Assembly (NCBI RefSeq): GCF_000281045.1
Contig: NW_008246128.1
Span: 132,346 to 170,490, forward strand
Direction: 5' to 3'
Length of the DNA: 38,145 nucleotides
Source: Saprolegnia diclina VS20
Lineage: Eukaryota
The position numbers and the translations under genes are program-made. A model generated the notes under the pieces. That model was not told where the DNA came from, made no database searches, and saw only the letters and a list, made by a program, of their open reading frames with translations. Of the stretch, positions 20,611 through 32,104 are shown piece after piece (the stretch's first letter is position 1; the number at the start of each line of letters is the position of its first letter).

Positions 20611-22351
20611 TTACATGATCCAGTGCGAGCGGTCGACGCCACCTTGGATGTCAATCGTGCCTTTCGCATTCATGACAAGTCGTCCGAACGCTGACGCATT
20701 CCAAGTGCTGCGGACAATGTCGGTTCGATGGTCGAGATACATTGTGTCGGACAAGCTGAGGCGATACGAGATGACAGTGTTGGGCGTGTGCGAGAGCACG
20801 TAGCAGTCGCTCCCGCGAAAGCTAAACGCCGCGTTGCGCTGCAGATGGCGGTGGGTCGTAAAGAGCTTGTAGACCGATCCACCCCTGAAGACTTTTGGTA
20901 CCCGGTGTTTTCTTCGACAACAGCAGCAACCAAAGATGAGACCGAGCAGTAGTCGGTGCTTCCAGTCGTTGTAGCTCAGCTGAGCGTACGCGCCACCATC
21001 AATCACGCGGAGCATCAACGAGGAGCGTGAGATGACGCGCGAGAGACGCCGCCGGGACGATTCGGCCAATGAGCGGATACGCTGGATCCACACCCGACGG
21101 AGGAGTTGGTATAGTATGCGATTGAGCGCTGGCAACGTAAAGGTGTAGATCAATGGAAGCAAACCGAGGACAATCGTGTAGAGGATGGCGGGCGGGACGT
21201 CTTCCGTGTAGTCTGACAGCTTGTCTTGGGGCAAAAGACCGGTGTAGAGGGCATGGTAGAGATTGATAAAGAACGTCACACGAAGCTGGTAGTACGTCAG
21301 TGGCCCCACAGCCAGCGCCACGCCGATTGCAACGCCGGTGGGGTCGGCTTGGGCGCACCACGATTCGAGCGCACATCGTCTCAAGACGCGACCACTCAGG
21401 TTCAGCACGAGGTACCCAAACCAGACAGTACGCGAGAGATACAAGGCTGCTAGGCTAAATGCCCAGAGGTTGGCTGTCTGGTTGATCCGGACAAAGCTCT
21501 GGGCAGCCAGCTGCGGACTGCACCAGAAATCGACCACAAAAAGGACACAGATCCACGTGTTTTGAAGAATGAGACTTGTCGGGTCGCCGACAATGATCTC
21601 CAATCGCTCGCTTTCGCCGCATGTGCCATACCGCCGTAATTGAGTCACCAAGGATCGGTAATGGACATAGTAGGTCGTCCAGAGAAGGTACAAAATACGA
21701 AGCGTCATACCAATGCGAAAAACAAACTTGGCATAGGCCCACGCCATCCAGCCGCGGTAGAGTTGTACCGCAAAGAAGACGTCGTTGTGGGAGTCGACCC
21801 AAATGGCCACAAAAATGACGGGTAGCCAAAGCGTGTACCAAGCTGGACAAATGCAGTGCTAGAGGTATTGCGGTGGCCGAGGCTCATGTCGCGGATCCCT
21901 CGGCGCGCTCGATTCGAGTATAAGAAGGCGCCGGGTAGGGTCTCGTAGGTGAATGTCGTTTCGGTCGCTTGCTCGATCGGGCCATAGAGGACATCGATGC
22001 CTTCCGTTGCGTCATAAAAATAGTTGCAGCTGGTCGAGTGCGCATACGATGCGTACCGAGGCGTGTAGAAGGCAAGCGCGCGCTCCTCAAACGCAGCAAA
22101 GGTCTCGTTGGCGCTTGGAGCGACGCTATTTGAAGACTCAATAGGAGGCACCCACGGAAATGACTCGGTCAAATACACCTTGAGCGGCCTTGCGACAGAG
22201 ACAACATGAGATAGACCCGCGGAACAGGGCGGTGTATGTACATGGAGGCGAGGTTAAGGAGGAAAAAGGCGGAGAAGACGACAGAGACCTTGTTGAAGCT
22301 CACGACGCGCGTTGGAAGAATGGATGCGCTTGGGCCAGGATAGACATGCAT
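20611..22351 (-). CDS. Membrane protein family copy E, full length with one frameshift in a homopolymer run
   Basis: Exon 1 MHVYPG..FNKVSVVFS..NLASM and intron 22189-22241. The frame changes once at A5 21811-21815 and is otherwise open with all family motifs. Confidence 0.8.
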
Positions 22352-23265
22352 ACCAGTTGCGCTCCAGTTGGGATGGAATAATGTTGGCGTCGAAGTCGAA
22401 ACGACTTTCGGGCCAAAGCAACGGAAAGTATTTTGGTGCAGTGATCCAAGATGGAGAGACGTGCACAGGTCGAGTGGGTGAACCAAAAGCCTACTACGCC
22501 AACCCATCGCTTAGAATGGGCCTTCCATGGCATTTGCAAGTCAATGCCCGTGCCATGTAGCACTAGCTCGTATGTGCAAATTGTACAGCAGAACGGGCCA
22601 AGCACTGTCCTAAGGTGCAATGCAGCTGCGTGGAACACAAATCAGATTTGCGCGTCGTTGAAGTGAACGCCAAAGATCAGGCCAAAGATCCTGCTGCCTC
22701 GATCCTTCTTCAATCCACGTGGTTACGAAGTGCCGACCAGATGCACGAACGTTCCTCGTTGATCACGAGATGCGCAACAACCCACACATACTAGTAAACT
22801 AGTAGCTCTATTAATAGTGGCTGCACCCATTCGCGCTGCCCGACCTCGCCACGTCCAAAGTCCTCCGATAGCCGCCACCCCGGAGCATTTGGGCCTACCG
22901 CCGTGTATACCTTGCTACATCAACTACAAACCCTTTCGTACGAATGCTAGAGAGCGACGAACTCGTCCTTCTGTGGACGATGCTAGCCTTCAATAATGCC
23001 CAAATCGCTCTTGCATTCACCAGTGTGGGAGGCTCACGACCCATCCCCGATATCCCGCCGGTACTTCAAGGTGGGACCATGACGATGGGCTGTTCGGCAG
23101 CATCATCCGGATACAAACAGCCAATCCGAAGCGGTCCTGCCACCTCCCATTCAATTTCATAACATGTATCTTGTTGTTTGTATGTAGATTAAAATTTGTC
23201 AATAAAATAGAAAGGCAAGATCGCTGCGCGTTTGTCATTTCGAAAAATTGACGACGACGGCAACG

Positions 23266-25698
23266 ATGGGGTCCTCGATGAAGCCGACGACGTTCGCGGG
23301 TCAAGCGTCGCTGCCCAAGCTGCCGATCCCGGACCTCCACGAGACGGTCGCCAACTACCTCCGCACGGTGAGCGTGCTGCAGTCGCCCGAGGCCCACGCA
23401 GCGACGCGCGCGACAGCTGCGGCCTTCCTCGCTTCCGACGGCCCGGCGCTCCAGGCCAAGCTGGAAGCGTATGCAGCCGATAAGAACAGCTTCATTGAAG
23501 ACTTTTGGTACGAGGCGTACTTCAACTACAAGGAGTCGGTCGTGCTCAATGTCAACCCGTTCTTCGTGCTCGAGGACGACCCGACGCCGACGCGGGCCAA
23601 GCAGATCCCGCGCGCATCATCGCTTATCGTGAGCAGCCTCAAGGTACAATGCCATAGGTATAGAACGTACAACATCGTCCTGTGTAGTTTATCCATGCGC
23701 TGCGCCGTGAGACGCTGCCGCCAGACGTGGTGCGCAACACGCCGCTCTGTATGAACCAGTTTCGCATGCTCTTTGGTGCAACGCGGCTTCCGACGCGCGA
23801 GAAGGACCACGTCAAGGTCGCGCCCGACGCCAAGCACATTGTCGTGCTCTGCCGGTACAGTATATGCCACAAGTTCAACGATTTTGACGCGTTTTTGTGG
23901 ACAGGAACCAGTTTTACTGGTTTGACGTGGTCTGGGAAGACGGGACGCCGGCTGTCACGGAGAAGGAAATTGTCGAGAACCTTCGCGCGATCCGCGCCGA
24001 TGCTCGCAAATGCTCGGACGACCACATTGCCGACTCGGCCGTCGGCGTCTTTACGACCGAGCACCGCGTCGAGTGGGCGCGTCTGCGCACGGAGCTCCAA
24101 ACCGAGAACGCCGCGACGCTCGAAATGGTGTGTCTTTTCTATCAAAGTATCCGTGTATCAAAGTATCTACGTTCCTAGATTGACCGCGCGCTCTTTCTCG
24201 TCTGCCTCGACCACACGAGTCCGCCGACGCCGTCGGACTTTGCGGCGACCATGCTCCACGGCACGTACGAGACGTCGTCGCACAACCGTCAGGTATGTGG
24301 TCATTGGTCGACGCGCTCGACACATTGATACAATACATTTCGTAGGTCGGGTCGTGCATGAACCGGTGGTACGACAAGCTGCAGATCATTGTGTGCGAAA
24401 ATGGCGTCGCCGGCGTCAACTTTGAGCACTCGGTCGTCGATGGCCACACGGTCCTCCGCTTTGTCTCTGACGTGTTTACCGACACGGTCATTCGGTATGT
24501 ATTTATGCAGTCTACACAATATAGAACAGATTGGTGCTAGGTTTGCGCAGAGCATCAGTGGGACGACGCAGTGCTTTCTCGAGAGCGCGTACCGCGCGCC
24601 GTCCGAATCGCTCTACACGACGCCGCACAAGCTCGAGTGGCAGCTCTCACACAGCCTCCAGCTCAGCGTCCGGTGCTGTTCCATCCATTTTTCTCGCCTC
24701 CATTTTTATTATTTGAATCTGATAGGTATGCTGAGGCGCGCTTGAGTGACCTGATTTGCCAAAACGAAGTCAAGGTGCTCGAATTCCGCAACTACGGTAC
24801 ACGATGTCTCAAAATGCGACATTTCCATTCATCAAATTCGCGATAGGCAAGCGCTTTATCGTCAAGCACAAGTGCTCGCCGGACGCGTTTGTGCAAGTCG
24901 CATTCCTCGCTGCCTACTACTTGCAGTACGGCACGGCCGTCAACCAGTACGAACCGGCCATGACCAAGCGCTTCCTCCATGGGTATGCCTCGAAGTCTTG
25001 TTATTTGGATCGGATTTCACAGATCCTAGTCGCACTGAGGCCATTCGGTCCATGACACCCGAGACGTTTGCGTTCATTGAGCTTTTCTGCGGCGGCAAAG
25101 GCAACGAGCTCCAGCAGCTCAATGCGCTCCGGAAGGCGACCGCGTCGCACTCGGAGGTCGTCAAGCGCAGCGCTGGCGGCAAGGGCGTCGAGCGCCATCT
25201 GTACGCGCTGCAGCAAATCGCCACGCTCGACAAGCGTCCGGAAGCGGCGTTTTTCAAAGACGAGGCGTGGCGGACGCTCGGACGCAGTGTCATTTCGACG
25301 AGCAACTGCGGGAACCCGTCGCTGCGTCTCTTTGGCTTTGGCCCGGTCGTGCCCGAGGGGTTTGGCATCGGGTACATTATCAAGGACGACGGCATCCAGG
25401 TTGGGCTTGATATGTTGATACTTGGCATGTCTCATGATGCCATGTGCAGTTTTGTGCCGCGTCCAAGCACCGCCAGACGCAGCGCTTTCTAGATACGCTC
25501 AAGGAGTACCTTCTCCTGGTGCACGCGCTGTTGGAGAAGGAAGACGCGCTCTTATTCCCGAACCGCGCAAAGCTCGCGGGCAGCAAGATGGAGCACCGTG
25601 ACTCGGACTACGAGTTTAGTTTCTTTGACAGCGGCGCGCCCGTGCCAGCGTCGCCCAAAATCAACCCGACGCCACTCATTGGGAAAGCTCTCTTTTAA
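23266..25698 (+). CDS. Choline/carnitine O-acyltransferase (resembles fungal Yat1/FacC-type carnitine acetyltransferase), about 10 exons
   Basis: LPKLPIPDL, PLCMNQF, NRWYDKLQ, catalytic FEHSVVDG, SPDAFVQ, F.HGRTE, GKGVERHL and STSNCGNPSLRLFGFGPV. Confidence 0.93.
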
Positions 25699-25744
25699 GC
25701 ACGGAGAATTTGCAGATGCATGTGATCTCCGCGTCAAGAGTGCT

Positions 25745-26414
25745 CGTGCAGTTGGTGGGCCCAAGCAAACCCCACTGGCATCGCGATCGGTGTTGCACTG
25801 ACTGTCGGCCCGTCACGCTCTTTCAGCTACAGACTTGATTCTATATCGAATTCTAGCACCCTTTGTTTACAGCCTCTTGGGCAAGGAACGAAGCTGCGCT
25901 TCCCGCGATGCTCTACACGATTCTTTTTGGCGCGCTACCACTCGTGTACACCTTGCATATCCTGCGTTGCGCTTGGTGCCGATGCGTTTGCGCTGCCGGG
26001 TCTTGGAGCACCGCACGGTCTTCATTGTGACTTTCTCCTAGCGGAGTCTCTCGCGCGTCATGACCCAATCCGCGAGTTAGCTCCGCATGAAGCTTGTGCT
26101 GGACGGCGGTGCGCTCAGTCGCTCGAGCTACGGCAACTGGAAGCACCGACTCCTCTTGGGCGGCTCGATCTACAAGCTCTTGACGACTTATCCACATCTT
26201 CAGCGTAATGCAGTGCTCAGCTTTCGCGGCAGCGACAGCTGCATGCTCTTGCACACAGAATCGACTGAGCCTCTGTGATTCCCTGCATCTTGAGCATCGG
26301 ACCGACGTCACTCTCGACACGAGTCGCGACACAGCTCTTGGGCAGCTTGTGATGCATCCTGATGGCAGGATCGGAGTCCACTTTGGCGCTGACCAATCGC
26401 TCTGGCTTCTCTAA
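25745..26414 (+). pseudogene. Membrane protein family copy F, C-terminal remnant
   Basis: WWAQANPTGIAIGVAL, YGNWKHR, GGSIYKLL..HLQRNAVLSFRGSD and RLSLCDSLHL..GADQSLWLL, with stops and frameshifts. Confidence 0.8.
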
Positions 26415-26719
26415 CGTGTCCACACCTACAGTAGCAAGCAAGCGGTGTCCGCCACGTAACGCATAAACGTAAACTCAAACTACATGGTTCATACGCGCTC
26501 CTTCCTGTAGCGCCATGCAAGAGAGGGCCGAGTTGAGCATCGCCACCAATTAGCGATGAGCTTGATTCGCAACAGTTCATTCGCGCCTCATATGATATGT
26601 CCAACCCGAGCACGATCGTCGGTCGACACCATATTCAAGAGGACGAAATTGTTGAGAAAAATGTCCCATTAGGGCAAGTACAAATGCATGAAATGGCAAA
26701 TTATTTTTGGACCGGGACC

Positions 26720-27607
26720 TTAACTCGTGCGCGCCTTGGGCATTGGCGCCATGAAGCGCGACAACCACCCACCAACATTGGGAATGAGAAAGCCCGTGCG
26801 GGCCATGTACGCCGGGCCACCTTCCTACGACCGACCAAGGAGCCTTCGTTCCCTTCGTCAGGCCCTACCTTGTTGCGGAACGAGAGTTCTTTGGTCGTCA
26901 TGTTGGAGAGGAAGAGAAGGCTCCATATGAGAGCGAGGACGGCAAACGGAAACAAGTGGCGAGCCAAGAGCGCGAAGGACAAGTAGAGCATCATTTCGCC
27001 GAGGTAGTTGGTGTTGCGGCTCCACGTGACCCAGCCGTCCCTAGTCGATTCGCATCACAATCGCCCATGGATTGCAGATGCTTTCGTCGTACTCGATCAA
27101 GCCGGGCTTGTATTTGAGCTGAAAGAACTTTTGCGTGTCGGCGCCAATCATGAGCACAGTCCCGAGGATGTTCATGGTCGTGCAGAGGCACGCGAGGCCC
27201 GGTGAGACCTCGACGCGGTGCGCAATCACAATGTACCCGGCGCCCCAGTACCCAACGAGGACAAGCGCGGTCACGATTGTCGACGGGATCGTGATGTACG
27301 GTGTCCACGCCTTGTCGGGCAAAATGAGGTCCTTGAGTAGCCACACAAGGCCGTACGAGCCATGATCTACACAGCTCGTTTGTCAAGCTCCGTCGCGAAA
27401 TAGCATGTCCAGCGTACTAGCTGTGTAGAGGTAGGCGGCCATCGACCAATTGTCGAAATAATACATGAGGAAGAGCATGGCGGGAAACGTGCCGCCTTTC
27501 TGGAGGTTGATGACGTAGCGCAGCTGGAGCGGGCGCGGACCGCCAAGGCAGTCGAACATGAGGTAGTTCTTGAGCGGAATGACGTAGCGCACGTAGAGGG
27601 CCTCCAT
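26720..27607 (-). CDS. Steroid 5-alpha-reductase-like / DUF1295 membrane protein, 4 exons
   Basis: VINLQKGGT, HGSYG.VWLLKD..PD, ADTQKF, PGLI..GW..WSRNTNYLGEMMLY. Splicing out the last intron gives AYMARTGFLIP and a stop at 26720. Confidence 0.8.
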
Positions 27608-28502
27608 AATCGGGTGGGATCGCAAGTGCAAAATCAAAAGTGCACGTTGAGATCCAGCAACAGTGCATATGTGTTCTTAGAGGTTGGCGCCGATCGTATT
27701 TTATCCATATTGACTGGAAAGAGCTATGTGGATTCGCCGACAGTCGAGCTATCCGGTTTCAAACAGGATACGATGTGTTTTGAGAGGTTTGGACCTTTGC
27801 CCCAGGGCGAGAAGCGGGCGCTGTGGCGGAGGTGCGAGGGAGATAGCGCATCAACGGCAACAATGAGAAGCATATCACTGCTGACGCGCGTCGGGTCACT
27901 CTCACTGGCAACACGACAAGAGCAGCGATGTGAACGTCCGGATACGCGGTGGATTGCGACGACGCAATCGAGTGGGAAAGATTACGGTGCGTTAACTCCC
28001 ACGTGGGTTTGCGATGACGTCCGCTGGTCCGCGAGTAGGACTCGGAACTCAGGCCTCAATTCGTGCAAACTAAATGAAGGGTTTTATGGGCCCTTGAAGG
28101 TACGCAAGGGCCTTGAGTACTTAGTACGTTGCAGCGAGGTCCATGCGCGTCCCGGAAGCCAATCTGGCTTTGGGTGCAAGCTCCGTGCGAGGAAATGACA
28201 CTAATTACGTTATACTGAGCGCGCCTTTTTCTGCGAAAGTAGCCGACGCCTAGGCTGTGAGAGTACGATCATACCTCATGATCGCACTTCTTCCAGGTCA
28301 GCTTCGAGCATATGGACGACCCGAATTGCACCGATCGACAATGCAGCAAAGACAGCGCACGAGTGGTTCTCGGTATGTGCAGTATGGACACCACACGACG
28401 TCGAAGCCAGGTTCTACAGCTAAAATAGTGTTTGTTTGTCTGATAGCACCCAACTGGCAGACGTCTCATTTTCGACAAGCGAACAAGGTGACGAGAGAGA
28501 GC

Positions 28503-29848
28503 ATGCAAGCCATCTTTGACGACTTTGCGACGCTGCCGCTGGACGAGTATGCGCTGCTGCCGACCGACTCGCTCCTCATGGAGGACGTCGACGCCTTCTT
28601 CACGCCGGCCGCGACGTCGTCGCCGGCCTCGAGCGACCACTGCACGACGAGCGACGCTGGCTCGGAGGACCTGCCGCCGCCTCCGCCCAAGAAGGTCAAT
28701 GTGAGCCGCAAGCGCCAGCGCGACGAGATCGAGTACCTGCGTACCAAGGTGGTCGAGCTCGAGTCGCAACTCTCGACACTACAAGCAGCGGAGGCGCCAC
28801 TCGTGGCGGCGTCGCCATGGCAAACCATGGCCCGGCAGATGCGCGTCGAGAAAGACGCTGCGATCAGCGAGCGCGAGCAGCTCAAGCGCGAGCTCGCCGA
28901 GCAAATCGAATTCGGCAAGACGCTCGAATCGCTTCTCAAGAAGCGGCCAAAGCTCGCGGCGCTGCCGCAGCTCGACGCCGACCAGTGGAAGCTGTACCGC
29001 CTCGTGCAAGACCCGACCCTCCGGCGCGAGGCCGTCGCCAACATCCTCGAGCACCAGTACGAAGCGCTGTCGGGTGCGCTCATCGAGTCGAATCTCCTCG
29101 AGCAAGAAGACGATGTCACGGCCTTTGCGCCGTACTTGGCCAAGCACTTTGACGACCAGCTCATCACGACCGCGACGCTGTGCAAGACGATCGAGTACGA
29201 CATGCACACGGTCGCCCGCATGATGTGGCTCCTCCTCTCGGCCGGCTGCAGTCTCAACCGCACAACGTTCCACGTATATAGACTTGGTCCTTTGGCGCAT
29301 GCTAACTTGGATGTAGCGCCTCGAGACGTTTGACGAAGACACGATCTACATTGCGAACGAAGGCCGGTGGGAATTCCTGATCAACCAGACGCGCCTCCTC
29401 ATGAAGCGCTACGTCGAGACGGACCGCATCGTGTTTGTCATGCGGTTGGCAGCGCTTCTCTTGCATGATCGAGGACCTAACCACATACATGGCTATTAGC
29501 ACCATTCTCGAAGACGAACTCAGTCCGCACGCACCCGAAGCACTCGTGACCAACAAGAGCGCATGGTACATACGAGTGGAAGTGCGTGCGTCTCAGGTGC
29601 ACATTAGGTTTCTGCTTGAGCCCATTGCGGGCCAGCCCGGGTGCCGGATCAAGTTTTTTCAAAAAATGACGCTGCCCATGGTGCAGTCGGAGGTGCTTCT
29701 GACGCACCCCAAGTTCTCGGACGTCAACTCGCCCTACTACCGCATCGGCAACATCACCGACGCCGCCATGATGTCGCTGCGTGAGATGATCGGCGACTTT
29801 ACGTCCCAGCTCGAGCTCCTCCTCCAACGCTACATGCCCGAGGAATGA
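28503..29848 (+). CDS. M96 mating-specific-like protein with bZIP-like N-terminal coiled coil, paralogue 1, multi-exon
   Basis: SRKRQRDEIEYLRTKVVELE, W..MARQMR.EK..A..E...LK.EL.EQIEFGK.L. Colinear similarity to 32105-33537. Confidence 0.75.
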
Positions 29849-30287
29849 NNNNNNNNNNNNNNNNNNNNNNNNNNNNNNNNNNNNNNNNNNNNNNNNNNNN
29901 NNNNNNNNNNNNNNNNNNNNNNNNNNNNNNNNNNNNNNNNNNNNNNNNNNNNNNNNNNNNNNNNNNNNNNNNNNNNNNNNNNNNNNNNNNNNNNNNNNNN
30001 NNNNNNNNNNNNNNNNNNNNNNNNNNNNNNNNNNNNNNNNNNNNNNNNNNNNNNNNNNNNNNNNNNNNNNNNNNNNNNNNNNNNNNNNNNNNNNNNNNNN
30101 NNNNNNNNNNNNNNNNNNNNNNNNNNNNNNNNNNNNNNNNNNNNNNNNNNNNNNNNNNNNNNNNNNNNNNNNNNNNNNNNNNNNNNNNNNNNNNNNNNNN
30201 NNNGGGGCCGCCGACATTTGTGCTCAACAGACCGCGCTCGGCCTCTACCCCGCTCCTCAACCGTGTATGAAGAATATTATAGAGGAT

Positions 30288-30350
30288 TACGTATGCGAAG
30301 TCTTTGTGTAATTATGAAGAAAACGCGAAACACGTTCCTATATATATATT
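30288..30350 (+). repeat. Dispersed repeat related to the 5' end of the 20393 element, with (TA)n tail
   Basis: tacgtatgcgaagtctttgt...gaaga.aacgcgaaacacgt. Confidence 0.85.
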
Positions 30351-30610
30351 GCGGTTAGGGTTCCGTAGACCGATCGGTTGGCACAATTTAGAATCGACAT
30401 GGTCAGAGTACCACCGCCGTGCGTGTGGAGTTATTAACACGGTATGTACGAGTAGTCCTCTGTCGGGCGGTCCGAGTACAGGAGCCTGCGTACGACCTCG
30501 CGCGAGCTATGACTCGGCGAGTGGGTCCACCACGGGATGGATCTCTCCGTACGCAGCTCACTCCCAACGACCAAGTGCTGGAGCCAACTCCCACGCATTC
30601 AGGTGTAGCG

Positions 30611-30689
30611 CTACGTATGCGAAGTCTTTGTGTCATAATGAAGATAACGCGGAACACGTTCATATATATATATATATGTACGAGTAGTC
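30611..30689 (+). repeat. Dispersed repeat, third copy, with (TA)n tail
   Basis: ctacgtatgcgaagtctttgtgt...gaagataacgcggaacacgtt. The trailing tatgtacgagtagtc also occurs at 30443. Confidence 0.85.
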
Positions 30690-32104
30690 GTCTGGTGTGT
30701 AGTACAATTGTAGTTTCTTTCAGTACACACGTTGCTCGAGCCGCAATGGCAGGTGAGCATATCCTNNNNNNNNNNNNNNNNNNNNNNNNNNNNNNNNNNN
30801 NNNNNNNNNNNNNNNNNNNNNNNNNNNNNNNNNNNNNNNNNNNNNNNNNNNNNNNNNNNNNNNNNNNNNNNNNNNNNNNNNNNNNNNNNNNNNNNNNNNN
30901 NNNNNNNNNNNNNNNNNNNNNNNNNNNNNNNNNNNNNNNNNNNNNNNNNNNNNNNNNNNNNNNNNNNNNNNNNNNNNNNNNNNNNNNNNNNNNNNNNNNN
31001 NNNNNNNNNNNNNNNNNNNNNNNNNNNNNNNNNNNNNNNNNNNNNNNNNNNNNNNNNNNNNNNNNNNNNNNNNNNNNNNNNNNNNNNNNNNNNNNNNNNN
31101 NNNNNNNNNNNNNNNNNNNNNNNNNNNNNNNNNNNNNNNNNNNNNNNNNNNNNNNNNNNNNNNNNNNNNNNNNNNNNNNNNNNNNNNNNNNNNNNNNNNN
31201 NNNNNNNNNNNNNNNNNNNNNNNNNNTCGTGGTGGAGGAAGCCAGCACCGGCCGACCAGGCACGGTTGCGGCTCGATCTCTGGAATGGCATACCCTTTGA
31301 AAATGCATACTTGCACCTGCTATGATCCTGTCGAGGTCTCTGTGCCCACCAAGCCACTCGCTTCTGTTGCTACAGTACAAATACTCGACGAGCTTGACGA
31401 CTGGTGGTACGAGCAAGCCCAGCCAACACGCCCTCGTATCTGGATAGCTTCTGTATTGTACTATTAATAGTAAACTCTACCGGTCCTGCACCCACGCAGT
31501 CCGTGTGCAATGGATGCAAGGTTGGCACTGCAGTTACCGGTATAGCTGCAGTTATTACTCGCATTGGAAAGGGACGTCAATGACGAGAGATGGTACTGTG
31601 ACTGACTCGCGCCCGCGCTATCTTCTTGGTATACGAATAGACGCCGCTGTAGCGCATCGAGTACATGCTGCTACATTGGGAAAGCTAACCCAGACTGCAT
31701 CATGCGCTTTGACTCGACATCCCACTCGTGTCTTAACGCTCACCTGTCTCTCACTGCCACTTGGTGCAAATTCCATTTTTTCGAAAGTCTAACTGCACGC
31801 AAATCAAGCCGCCACCGATCCAGAGACTATCTTCGTCCCTCCAGCATGCAGTCAGCCCACAATCGTTTCCCAACGTGGCATTTGTGCTGCGCTTCGCCAA
31901 AGCTCCTGCGATGCGCAACGCACGCGTAAGCACACGAGTCTGTGATGACGGGACGCCTTGCAAGCGTTGTATTTGGCGTGGGTGGTGCTAAGGAGGCGTG
32001 CATCTAGTCGCGCTTGGTGCGGAGAAGGAAAACCTCTCAGACTCGATACGACCGCTCTTGCCCGTTTGTGGCAGTTTGGCTTTTCCTTGCCAGCACCGAC
32101 GGCC

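Noticed and set aside
28089..28112. 8-bp inverted repeat ggcccttg/caagggcc
   Set aside because: Isolated short stem with no second copy, U-tract or terminal motif.
27614..28198. 194-aa ORF in the divergent region before M96-like paralogue 1
   Set aside because: Non-ATG start, no motif, and it lacks the codon bias of neighbouring genes.
30288..30689. Repeated units as a CRISPR array
   Set aside because: Only two diverged units 323 bp apart, eukaryotic context, and no cas genes.
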